A DNA stretch of 64,000 nt from Chrysomallon squamiferum (Eukaryota; Animalia; Mollusca): assembly GCA_012295275.1 (NCBI GenBank), contig CM022674.1:5952001-6016000 (forward strand), in the 5' to 3' direction. Of this stretch, positions 32,001 to 43,500 are shown in pieces (within the stretch, counting starts at the first letter, position 1; the number at the start of each line of letters is the position of its first letter). The notes beneath the pieces were generated by a model. The model was not told the DNA's origin. It saw only the letters and a program-made list of their open reading frames with translations, and ran no database searches. Both the position numbers and the translations under genes were made by a program.

Positions 32001-35000
32001 CTGTGTCTGTGTGTGGGTGTGGGTGTGTCTGCACATACATAAATATAACAGAAAATATATGTAGTGTTTGATTCATGCAGGAAATATATTTCCTGAAATT
32101 TGATGTTGAAAATTAAACATGTTTCCTGAAATCATTCTCTTGGTCCTTGAAGAGTAAACCAATAGTTCTTAATTACAAAGTAATTTAAAAACAAAGAAGA
32201 GAGAATACTTCTTCATCTTGTATAAGAGGACTTGTGAATAACTTATAACATGCCTACAGATTAGATGTGACTAATCCTGAGCTGTCATCCTCATTAATGT
32301 TGTGCAAAAGAGATTAGTAATCAAAACACTTGACTTTGACTTGCACTAAAGAGAATATATTTAAAAAAAATCATTTTTGGAACATCTTTTATCTAAGGTA
32401 ATAATTTGTTACAAAAACAAAAGAGATTTTGTATGAGAAGGCTTGTCATTTGCTTCAAACATATCTTGACAAATCTTGAGTATTTCTTCATAAATGTTGT
32501 GCAAAAGAAATTAGTAATCAAAACACTTGAGTCTGTTTTAATTATACACTTGCAATAATGGAGAACCAGGAAACATTTCAAGATAGCCTTTTCAAGACTT
32601 ATTAAGAAAACAGTAGAAATTCTAAAGAACTGTATTGCAGAATTGTCAGTGAATTGTTGGAAGCCATCAGTGTCTGCAAAAAGACTTCACATCAATACAA
32701 TCTTCTCAAGAAGTATGAAATTCTTAAGTGACAGTGAAAAACTGGTAAACGATGAGAGAAAGCAAATAAAGCTCCTCTATACTTCCTGTCATCTGAAGAG
32801 ACATAGGTTAAACATTGCAGCCTATCATGCTGGTCAAGAAAAGATGGTGTATGAATTGACCAACAAATACACTAACATCTCAACAGAAGTCCCTGAGTGG
32901 GGAGTGGCAGAGAAAGAGAAAGAATACAACCACAAGAGGAACATATGTCAAACCAATCATCTCCAAATACTTCAGCTGCTGAGCCCTGGTTGATCTAATC
33001 GATATGCAATCAGTGAGTTAAATGAATCATGGTCTATTAAGATCACCTCATAAAGTTCTGTGTTTTTTGCCCCTTGACATCAAAACATGCCACTGAGGTT
33101 TGATTTTAACTGCTAGACTTCTTTCTCCTACTTGGTGCTGTTGCATGCTCAAAGTGACTTGTGGTTCAGAACTTACAGCACATCTAATCATTAAACTGAA
33201 AGTAATGTGGCCAGAGTCGTTGATGATCCATGGTAGATCTGGGCATCCTGAGAACCAAGTGTTTGAAGAAAGAACAAACTGTGACATTGAGGACATGCTT
33301 GTTTGTTGGCTAGTAGATAACAATAAAGCTGAATGTTGGACTTAAATTTGTTCAGTTTAAGAAGAACTCCAGTCTTAACAATGGAATTAAGGGTTCCCCA
33401 TTTGTGATACTTTTGGGTTCTGGTGCACACATTGGCCTGTCATCATCTAACCTCCCTTCAAGTCTGATGAAGTTACTGGGAGTGCTCAGGTAGAACTTGG
33501 CTCCTCTTGCCAAGAAGCAGTTCAGCATTGTGACTGAAGGTAGTGACAGTGACATGTACTGTATTGTTGTCAAACGGGCACTCTCATTGGTAAATATTCA
33601 CAAAACCAAATTGATGTGTGCTACCCAGTTATATTCTGCAGATGACTTTGAAAGCATTTCTCTCTCCCAAGCTGTTCAGCTTGACTCTAATTGTGGTGGA
33701 CAGAGTTTTACAAAGTGCAACTATGCAGATTCCATGCATTGTCAAACTAATCATTGATTTTGTTTCAAGGCAAATATCCAGTGAAACTACAGGTGTCACT
33801 CAACCCTAACATGTACAGATAACCTCTCCTAAGTGCAATTCACTCTTTCCTGAGCACAAATGCTAAGCAAGATTCTAGATGTTCTGATATATATTGTGTT
33901 GAAATATAAATATGTGCTATCTTTCCTTTTAAAAATGAAGTTTCAGTAAAATGAGATTTATAGTACATGTTTATAGTATATATTTGAAAGAAAAATGTAT
34001 TCTAAGTACATGTTCTTACATTTATAAATTGAAATTGTATTATGTTGTATGTGTATTGGTCTGTTTCAGGAGGGCTCACTGCTGTTATATATACAGATAC
34101 TTTACAGGCCGTGCTTATGGTTGGTGGTTCCCTCTATCTGACAGGGGCAGGTAATATAATACTAAAATATTAGTAATGATATTTAGGTTTTTATGAAAGC
34201 GATGATATGTAAAGAAGTTTATGTAAACATTTTTCTGCAACAAACTGCAAAGTTCATGGCCTTCATTAAGTCACTGAAGATGTATTTTATCCACAAAAGT
34301 GTATATTTCTCCAAGTTTAAATTAATTAACAAAAATTAACAGAAATGACAATGACTCTTAATTAATGTACATCCTACAACTGATTCTTTTTTTTTTTTCT
34401 TTAGCATTCAGCAAGATTGGAGGATTTGAGGGACTTCTTGAGAAATACCCACAGGCAGTACCCAAGAATGTATCTTCTATAGTTGTAAATGAAACATGTC
34501 ACTACCCAGACAAACAGGCTTTCCGCATGCTGCGAGACGCTGATGATGACTATATGCCTTGGCTGGGATTTATTCTTGGACAAACACCTGGTTCTGTCTG
34601 GTACTGGTGTACTGATCAGGTATGAATACCCAGAAAAGTATAATCTGAGAATTATATGTTTTAGCATCATTCAGTTTAAAATGTTACTTCAGCTAATCCT
34701 TTAGCTTCTCTGTACCTAACTTTAGATGTAATTGTAACAAATGTACCCTATTATTATTATTTCATAATTCTGTTTGATTAATATTTGTCCTAAGCCAGTT
34801 CATTATTTTTATTATTGACTAAATATGAAGTGCAGTTAATACTACAGAAAATTATTTTTAGGTTGTGTCTGATTCTTTGGGCCATATAATTTGTACCTTT
34901 TATTTTGATCAAACTTGATGTCAGACATTTTCTTTTTCATAGCAACATTATTGTTTAATAATAATAATAATAAATATAAAAATAAGAATTATAATTAGAA

Positions 35001-38000
35001 CAACAGTATAACAACAATAATAACAACACCACCACCACCACCACCACCACCAACAACAACAACAATAATAATAATTAAAACATAATAATTATAATAAAAA
35101 TAATAATTATAATTGGAACAACAGTGTAAAAACAACAACAAAACAACAATAATAATAACAATAACAATAACCATAATTATATTATTTATATTATATTTAA
35201 CAGGTAATTGTTCAGAGGGCTCTGGCAGCCAAAAGTCTTTCCCATGCACAGGGAGCTACTCTGATGGCAGGATTTCTGAAAATTCTGCCAATGTTTGTGA
35301 TGGTCATGCCTGGAATGGTGAGCCGGGTTCTCTATCCAGGTTAGTGTGATCAAATTCAAATAAAAATTGAGCTGATAGCTTTTATGAATATAAATTTTTA
35401 TCATTTGGATAGCATGCTAGAGATTACTGAATCAGGAAGAATAAAACAGGTATATTTTCATAGCATTCAGTTGAGTCAATCTTATTTTTAAAGAGATGGG
35501 GAAAGTTTAATATAATTTTATTATCAAAGTCGAGTAATACTGAAGCTATTTTTCTGGCTTAATGATTAGTTTTTTAGATTAGTTTTGAAATATTTAATGG
35601 AAATTATTATATCTTTAATATCTAACACATTTCAGTTATTATTTTGTTACGCCAGAGTTCTTTCCGTTTGACGACTAATAATAATTAAGAAGTTTTTGTA
35701 AATCTTTTAACAGACGAAGTTGCCTGCACCAATCCTGACTGGTGTTATGAAGTTTGTCAGAGCAGAGCTGGATGCAGCAGCATCGCCTACCCTCGACTTG
35801 TTCTTGGCATCATGCCAAATGGTAAGATATAATATTTTTAATTAAATATTTAACTTATCAAATATTATTACTTGTTTTCTACTCTTGACTTATTCTTGGA
35901 ATCATGCCAAATGGTAAGATATGATATTTTAAATTAAATACTGAACTTATCAAATATTATTACTTGTTATCTACACTTGACTTGTTCTTGGAATCATGCC
36001 AAATGGTAAGTTATAATATTTTAAATTAAATATTAAATTTATAGTCTATAATGACTTGTTGCCTGCTTTTTACTTGTTCAGATGGTAAGTTATAATAAAA
36101 GTGAATGAAGTGCAGAACTCAAACACCTTAGAAACATCACTGATTAAAATCTAGATCCTTCTTCAGTTTTCTGCTTGTGCTTCATTTTTGTTTGTTTGTC
36201 AAAGAATAACTAACTATGCAGTTAAATTTATTTACTTTTATTTATGATGGCTTTATTGGATATGTTTGCATTTCAGGTTTTTATAGCTTCAGTTGCATCA
36301 CCCATAATATATCTTCTGTTTTTAACCATAACCTTTAATATCTTATTAATTTATATTTTTATATCTGACCTAGATTTTGTTTCTTTGCTGAATAATACAT
36401 GCTTATTCTGTTTATTTTTTAATTTTTAATTTTAAGCCACATTTTGGGGTTTTTAGCAACATTAGGTGATAATTTAATACAGGAAAATGATATTAATTTG
36501 TATTTATTTGTTATTATTGAAAAACTAAAAGCAAGAACAAACTTACTTCTCCACTGATGTTACAGAATGGATGTTTTTTTTTTTTGAGAATGGAACTTAC
36601 TTCATAAATATTTTGAATGATCAAAATTGGGTAATCTAAACTTGTGAATGGATTTGAATTTCATGTACTTGGATTGGAGAGGTTGAAAAGTAATGGACTT
36701 TTGGCTTCTCCAATAAGAAAAGTTACTGCAATTTGATTATCCAGGAAACATGAAGTAACAATCATTGACAAAGAAGCAAACTGGGAAACGTTTAAAAAGT
36801 CATGTGGACTGATATCTTTGCTCATCAGGTTAGTTGCATGTTAATAAACAAACCTGTTGCTGTCCTGTGTTGAAAATATGTTGAATTTGTTACTTATCAT
36901 GAAAATAAACACTCACGTAGGTATGGTTTGTTGACCAGTAAAAAAAATAAGGTACTTGCTTGTAATTTGTTTGCTCTTGGCTATCACAGTTTTAACTTCA
37001 TATGAAGTTTATTTATTTATTTATTTATTGATTCATTTATTTTTAAAAATATATTAAATATTTCTTAAAAAGTGGTAATCATGGTTTTTGAGAAAATGAA
37101 TTGAATATATATATTTATAAATATATAAATATAAATATAAATTTTTTGGAATGTTCTTGTTTAAATGATGTTCAATTTTTAAAAACAGTTTGATTCATTT
37201 ATTTATTTTTCCTATAATTAACATTATTTCACACTTGGATTTTATGTTAAATGATGTTAAACATTCATTGATTTATGTTCATTTGGGATCTTTTTTCTTT
37301 CTTTCTGACTTGATAATATTTCAGACATACAAGCATGTAACTCTAATTTTTTTATTTTTGCTTCTGTTTATTTTTTTATTTATATTTATGTTTATTTGTT
37401 ATTTATACTACTTTTCATTTTTTTATTTGTATTGCTTTTCAGTTTACATGTAGGAAGATTATATGTTTGTATATATATATATATATATATATATATGAGT
37501 GTTTTAGGTGTGTATGTGTATGTGTAAAATTCAGTTTGTTCAGAATAAATAAAACAGACTGTTTTTTTGTCACTAAATTTAAGTTTTTATTTCTTTGACA
37601 GGTGCACTTATATGTGTAAAATTGAATTTGTTTAGAATACATAAAACAGACTATTTTTATGTCACTAAATTTAAGTTTTATTTCTCTGATAGGTGCACCT
37701 ATATGTGTCAAATTCAGTTTGTCCAGAATGAATAAAACATACTGTTTGTATGTAAATTTATTTCTTTGACAGGTGTATGTGTTTATGTAAAACTGAGTTT
37801 GTTCAGAAGAAATAAAACAGACTATGTTTGTATGACTAATTTAAACTTTTATTTCTTTCATAGGTGCACGTGTTTGTGTAAAATTCAGTTTGTCCAGTAC
37901 AAATAAAACAGACTGTTTGAATGTAAATTGTATTTTTGTTCCTCTGTTAGGTGCACGTGGTCTCATGATGGCTGTCATGATAGCTGCTCTAATGAGTGAC

Positions 38001-39887
38001 TTGGATTCTATCTGGAACAGTGCTAGCACTCTCTTTACTATTGACATCTGGAAACGCTTCAGAAAACATGCTAAAGTCACAGAACTTATGGTTGTTGGAA
38101 GGTACTAGATCAAATACCCTACATTTATTAAAAACAAATAATAATAATCATTATAAGAATAATTTTAGAATAATTATTAAAATGATAAGGAATTTTTAAA
38201 GGTTATTTTGTAATTGTAAAAACATTCAAAGTAACTTACAGGAAAATAAATTCTATTAATGTTTTAAATTTTTGTGTACCAAAAAGCTGTTTACAGTTTG
38301 TTCACCATTTTTTGTAAAATATTTGCTAAGCATTAGTACTGATTTATTTAAACTGTAAAAAATAAATCTGATACACATTTTGTAACAGATTTTTTTTTCC
38401 TATTACTAAAAACCTGAAACCATAATTCTTTAGTAATTAAATATGCTTATAGTTTATGTTCAGTGATATTTCAATTAAAATTTTTTTGAAACTTTTTCTT
38501 CACAGATTATTTCTATTTAGCATGAAGACATTATAATAAAGCTATATAGATATCAGCAAATATATAGATATTATTTGTTATAATTATTTTTATTATATTT
38601 TATTTTTTCACAGGTTGTTTATTCTTGTTATGGTGGGTCTGTCCATTGCCTGGGTTCCAGTCATCAAGGAAACGCAAGGAGGCCAAGTTTTCATCTACAT
38701 CAATGAAGTCACCAATTATCTAGCTCCACCATTTGCTGCAGTTTTTCTTCTAGCAGTATTAGTGCCTTTTGTCAATGAAAAGGTAGGATTAACAGTTAAC
38801 TGAAAATTCTAACACATTACATTACAATATTTATCTATTATTTTTTTGGGTGCCACATCACATCGTTTGTTGCATTTATTTACCTATATTTATTTATTTA
38901 TTTATTATATTTTACACACAAACACACATATATTTATTGATTTATTTATATATTTATTTGCTTGCTTACTTTTTTTACATTACATTAAACAAAATCATAT
39001 TACATTTTGTATTATTTTATAATACTTATATTTCAGGGTGCATTCTGGTCTTTGGTAATTGGCTTTGTGGTTGGAGTGTCTCGTTTGATACTTGTGTTTG
39101 TGTACCAGGGTGAAACATACTGTGGCAAGGAGAACACAATTCCCTACTTCATCAAGAAGTTTCACTACATGTACTTTTCATTCTTCCTCACTGTTCTCAC
39201 TGCTGCTATAGCTCTTCTCATCAGTTACTACACTGGAGGTTCAGACGATAAATATGTAAGTGTTTTTTAATTCGTTAATTCTCTTTCTTCTTTAATTGTT
39301 TAACACAGCCCAATGCCAGGATTTGTATGCAACTTGACATGTAATTAACTGTTACAATTAATTAAAATGTGTTGGAAGGTTATTAAACATTTATTTATTT
39401 ATTTATTTATTTGTTTGTTTGTTTGTTTGTTTGTTTGTTTGTTTGTTTGTTTGTTTGTTTGTTTGTTTGTTTGTTTATTTGTTTATTTGTTTGTTTGTTT
39501 TTTGTCCAGTTGGTGAGAACAACATTCTGGACTCGTCGTGACAAGCGACAGCTGAAACATGTCCTCGAAGTGGAACTGGAGGAGGAAGAACAGCATGCCC
39601 ACAATGCCATACAAATGACTGACATTGCCACAGTGGAGGGGCCAGAGACCAAACTGGATGTTGCCGAAGAGAACAAAATAGCAAACAACCTCGATGACAA
39701 TGATGTGGAGAAACACATGCTTCAAGAGAATGGCCACACTCCAAGAGAGACTAAGAAGAAACGTAACTATGTTTTTGAATACAAATTTGGAATAAACACT
39801 AGCAAATACATATAACAGGGTTAAATCACACAAATGTGTTTCTTTCTGAATATCCTCCTCAAACAATATAAGATAGTTTTTGATCCA

Positions 39888-39920
<33 letters not shown>

Positions 39921-40520
39921 TTCTGTATGTCTTTCTATCTTTTTGTTTAACTATATTTGTGTCATTTATTCTGATTGAGTAACAGATGCTCAAAGTTCAG
40001 TAATTACATTTAAATTAATTGGAGACAGAGTTATTTATATTCAATTAAATGCATGAATATTATATTGCTAACAAATGCTACAGTTTACCTAAATCAGATA
40101 CATACAGTATAAAATAAATCATGAAACTGATATGTGTCAGAATTAGTATACTTTGAACAAACCACACACTTCAGATTATTTGTATAGTTTAGTTATAAAT
40201 TATTTATATATTTTTTTTTATCAGATGTAAGCCTTGCTCGCCGTGTTTTCAATTACATCATGGGCATTGGCAGCCTTGACGAAGAGAACGAACAGACACA
40301 TCAGATGTCAGCTCATCTTGAAAAAGTGGCCCAACTTCATCAAAATAAAGTGGCAGTAATATGCCTGAATGTAGGATTAGCCATTGTACTGCTTATTGGA
40401 GCAGTCATGTACATGTTCTGGTCACTGTACAAGTTTGAATCGGCACCGTTTTATCCCACAGGAGCAACAAATGAGACCCTGTTGCCAGGAGACTTTCCAC
40501 CTGGTCTGAACGTCCAGTAG
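26156..40520 (+). CDS. SLC5A3: SLC5 family Na+/solute symporter, SMIT1 (sodium/myo-inositol cotransporter)-like; 15 coding exons, 720 aa
   Basis: Hand-spliced GT-AG exons join in consistent phase to 2163 nt ending TAG. Motifs [89 protein letters not shown] match SMIT1 as recalled better than SGLT1/2. Family call is secure; orthology needs a tree. Confidence 0.9.
28872..28943 (+). CDS. coding exon 2 ([24 protein letters not shown])
   Basis: ttttcag / gtaagt, 72 nt. Confidence 0.95.
28985..29100 (+). mobile_element. tRNA-derived SINE head remnant in intron 2
   Basis: A-box-like agtggttagagcgct and B-box-like gatcgattc; small CpG-containing island inside a CpG-poor intron. Confidence 0.5.
29821..29925 (+). 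CDS. coding exon 3 ([35 protein letters not shown])
   Basis: ttcacag / gtatgt, 105 nt. Confidence 0.95.
30331..30390 (+). CDS. coding exon 4 ([20 protein letters not shown])
   Basis: ttgaag / gtgagt, 60 nt. Confidence 0.95.
30865..30969 (+). CDS. coding exon 5 ([35 protein letters not shown])
   Basis: ttacag / gtgagt, 105 nt. Confidence 0.95.
31522..31627 (+). CDS. coding exon 6 ([36 protein letters not shown])
   Basis: ttttag / gtaatt, 106 nt, ends phase 1. Confidence 0.93.
32170..32535. repeat. imperfect ~200-bp tandem duplication upstream of the integrase remnant
   Basis: aatgttgtgcaaaagagattagtaatcaaaacacttga near 32296 recurs almost identically near 32492. Confidence 0.7.
32580..33815 (+). 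mobile_element. decayed DDE integrase-type DNA transposon (KRBA2/SCAND3-like, Ginger-type) in intron 6
   Basis: Frameshifted and stop-interrupted pieces read [81 protein letters not shown] and the Cys-rich tail [12 protein letters not shown]...RCHSTLTC, in the order known for this rve-integrase family. Termini not identified. Confidence 0.8.
34070..34150 (+). CDS. coding exon 7 ([26 protein letters not shown])
   Basis: tttcag / gtaata, 81 nt. Confidence 0.95.
34405..34619 (+). CDS. coding exon 8 (AFSKIGG...[15 protein letters not shown])
   Basis: ctttag / gtatga, 215 nt; extracellular loop with NVS and NET sequons. Confidence 0.95.
35204..35339 (+). CDS. coding exon 9 ([45 protein letters not shown])
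   Basis: taacag / gttagt, 136 nt. Confidence 0.95.
35714..35821 (+). CDS. coding exon 10 ([37 protein letters not shown])
   Basis: taacag / gtaaga, 108 nt; conserved Cys-rich loop. Confidence 0.95.
35787..36096 (+). repeat. ~92-bp tandem repeat containing the exon-10 3' end and donor (4 copies, last one deleted internally)
   Basis: ATG|GTAAG recurs with GT at 35822, 35914, 36006, 36085. Confidence 0.9.
37501..37957 (+). repeat. ~80-94-bp tandem repeat containing the intron-10 acceptor (5 units, 6 AG|GTG junctions)
   Basis: AG ends at 37507, 37601, 37692, 37772, 37863, 37950; shared core aaattcagtttgt.cagaa..aataaaacagact. Confidence 0.9.
37951..38101 (+). CDS. coding exon 11 ([50 protein letters not shown])
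   Basis: tgttag / gtacta, 151 nt; Na+-site helix. Confidence 0.93.
38614..38782 (+). CDS. coding exon 12 ([15 protein letters not shown]...FVNEK)
   Basis: tcacag / gtagga, 169 nt. Confidence 0.95.
39037..39255 (+). CDS. coding exon 13 (GAFWSLVIG...HYMYFS...GSDDKY)
   Basis: tttcag / gtaagt, 219 nt. Confidence 0.93.
39409..39500. repeat. (TTTG)n microsatellite forming the pyrimidine tract of intron 13
   Basis: Direct reading; ends just before the acceptor at 39509. Confidence 0.95.
39510..39762 (+). CDS. coding exon 14 ([10 protein letters not shown]...acidic loop...ETKKK)
   Basis: gtccag / gtaact, 253 nt; RTTFW motif as in SMIT1; phase 1 fits exon 15. Confidence 0.85.
40225..40520 (+). CDS. 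coding exon 15 ([14 protein letters not shown]...final TM...FPPGLNVQ*)
   Basis: tatcag acceptor, frame consistent with exon 14, last TM helix, TAG followed directly by TAA. Confidence 0.88.
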
Positions 40521-43500
40521 TAAGCATGATAAAATCATTATTATAAACTCTTTGTTGCAGTTTGGATGTTCTTCATAGCTGTTGGGTTTTTGATGTGATC
40601 GTATTTATGGAAAAAAAAAGAAAAAAAAAGTTTTATTGCTTAGATTATTAGAATTTTCTAAATGCTATAAATTGTCATTATGTTATCTGCAGTTTGTTTA
40701 TTTATTCATATTTTTAACAGCTTTTTTTTTTTCTATTTAGATACAGATTGTTAATTTGCAATTTAGACTATTTTAATTTTTTTTTTGTTTTGCTCCTTTT
40801 TTTTTTTAAATGATGACTTAAAAAACAAATTAAAAAAAAACAAATTGTTTCATTGTTTAGAATCATACAGTTTAGTAAATACTGTATACAAATTTATTAT
40901 CCTGCCAGAAGTATAGAAAAAATATTTTAATGTAAAATTTAAGTTATTTTTTTTTTTTTCATTAGACTGATTGTTATAGGTTTAAAATTACTAGCATTTA
41001 TAGAAAGAACTCTTGTTGCTTGCCACACTGTATGTGTCTGTACTGTGAATAGAGCTCATTTTTAGTCACTGGATATAAATATATTATTTGAAGTATTTAT
41101 TGTGTTTGTATCACCTGCTGTTAATATATAACTGCTGTGTCTCACTTAGTAGCTTGTAAAAATTTTTACATTAGATGTTTGTAATGTTGCTATGATTGCT
41201 ATATGCTTAGTGATATGTAATTAAGTTTATACATTTTAAACATTTATTTATTTTATTGAAAAACCCTGTTATGTTTTTTAATACATTGCTGTTGCGTATT
41301 ATCATTTGAAAGCATATCAGAATATAATGTGATTATTATTATTAATATTTTTTAAAAATATATCAGTGTTACATTAGTATTATTGCATTCTGATGAAAGT
41401 CAGGTTAATGAAATTAAAAATAAAGCTGTAAATCACAGTACAGGGTTTCAGCATTTGTAGGTTTTACAGTCTTGATTAATACTACATTCTACATGAACAA
41501 ATGTTGTTTTAGTTTAAAAAAAAAAAAAAAAAAATGTAAATAAGAAAGTACACATAATAATGAAATGAAAGAAAGCAAAAATGCTATCAGAATAAAAGGA
41601 AATAAAGCATTTAAGAAATTGTCCTATCTAAAAAAAAAACATGTTTTTTTTCTACTTACATACATGGAAATATTTAATAAAAAGGCAAAGTTTTAACCTA
41701 GATAAAAGTTGACATATTTTGTAAGCATATTTAATTATTGATTAATTATTTATTAATGTTTATCCTTTTTTAACTATTAAAATTAATGTGTGCTTTGTTA
41801 AAATTCTCTGTGTACTTAAATAAATCCTGAAGCATTTTTTTATTCTATGTAAGTTACTGCAGTATCAGTAGGCATTGCTGTTAATATTGCCATGTAATTT
41901 TTATATTTTGGTCCCTGTTCAGTTTTGACAAATGACAGTTCAGAATTGAAAACATACTTATTCCATGGTATGTGTTCTTTTTGTTGTTATTTTCTAACTT
42001 GCAAGGGCTTTTTGTCACTTATAAAATATTATTTTCCAAGCTGTAATATGGATATAAAAAGGCTCTTTCATCTTTTAATTTTTAATATTAACATAACACA
42101 ATCCATTTGAAGAAATATGAATTGATTAAATTCATTATTTATTATAAATAAAGCAAAAATATGAAAAAGCAAATATTGCTAAATGAACTTAAGAAAATAA
42201 TGAAAACGAACAAAAGCTGATTTATGTATTTTATTTGGTATTTTTAACAAAAACTACTATGCATTTTTGATCTATAATTTATTTTCATTAATTATTTTGT
42301 ATACCTTTATGAATCAAATGTGGGAGGGATATATATAGTGTTTACATGTTGAATTTTTTTAATGTTTTTTTTTTTTTTTTTTTTTTACAGTGGAAATCTT
42401 TATAATATTGTTTATTTAGTGTTTTTAAAACACATGTAGATACTGTATTTTTCAGTCATGCTACCTGTTGTTAGTTAGATTTTCCACTTTAAATGTTAAA
42501 ACAATGTTTTCTTGTGTTTGCATATGTTAAGTCTGTGTATGTTTGTGTGTGCGAGAGAGAGTGTGTATGCATGCATGTGTATAAAAAGTGTTTGTGAGTA
42601 TGTTACAAAATATGAGTGATGTCTGTTAGGAATGACAAAAGCCAGTAAAAAATAAATTATAAGCAGCTGTTAATCATTATTATGTCAAAAAAACTCAGTT
42701 AAATAAATAGTGTTTTTTTCTTTTTTATTGTCAATATAAACATCAGTTTAGCAAACAATACATTGGCCAGAAATCTTTGCTTAACTATTGTTTATGTCAT
42801 AAAGACATGAGTATTATTTATTTGAAGTCGAGGTAACAGACACTAACAATCTGATAAAATATTGTTAATGACATCCCTATGTATGCATGTGTGCATGTGT
42901 GTTTGTGTGTGTGTGTGTGCATGTGCACATGTATCATCATATTTAATTGTTATATATTTTTCTTATTGATTTTCATTATATATAAATCTATTGTGTTTAG
43001 TTATATTTTTCCCCACTAATTACCATTACTTTATTATCTTTTGCTACTCTCTTTGCCTTGCCATGTCTATGGCCTTTTTCTCATTCCATTTTTATTTTTA
43101 TCACATTATTGTCTTGAATTTTTAAACCACATAATTAACTGTTTAATGAATGTTAAGCAAGTAAACAAGATCAGACAAACAATAGTTTCAAATTATTTCA
43201 TGTCAAATTTTGTATTTTTTGTGTGGGAAACTCAAAATTGAAACATCTATATATTTTATATGTTTGCATTTGGTAACCTAATTTCTGAAAGAAGAATATC
43301 ATTAATTTTTCACACATTATTGAAAAGGAAAAGGAAAAGAAAAATAATTTCTGTCATCTTAGAGTGTATCTCTGGTAACGTGAACAAATGACATAAACAT
43401 GTTTCATATGTTTCTGGGTGATTGTTTTATTTCTTTTCCACCAACTTTTGCTAATAATAAAGTTTTGCAGTAATATGATAGCTGATAACATATGGACGCT

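Noticed and set aside
35201-35209. cag|GTAATT at the start of exon 9 as a recursive splice site
   Set aside because: Explained by the conserved Val-Ile codons of DQ|VIVQR; the intron is short and nothing else supports it.
35787-37957. CRISPR-like interpretation of the ~90-bp arrays
   Set aside because: Eukaryotic intron; whole units are homologous with no unique spacers, and no cas genes are present.
40518-40523. Stop-codon readthrough or selenocysteine recoding
   Set aside because: Stop is TAG immediately followed by TAA; the spliced CDS has no in-frame TGA.
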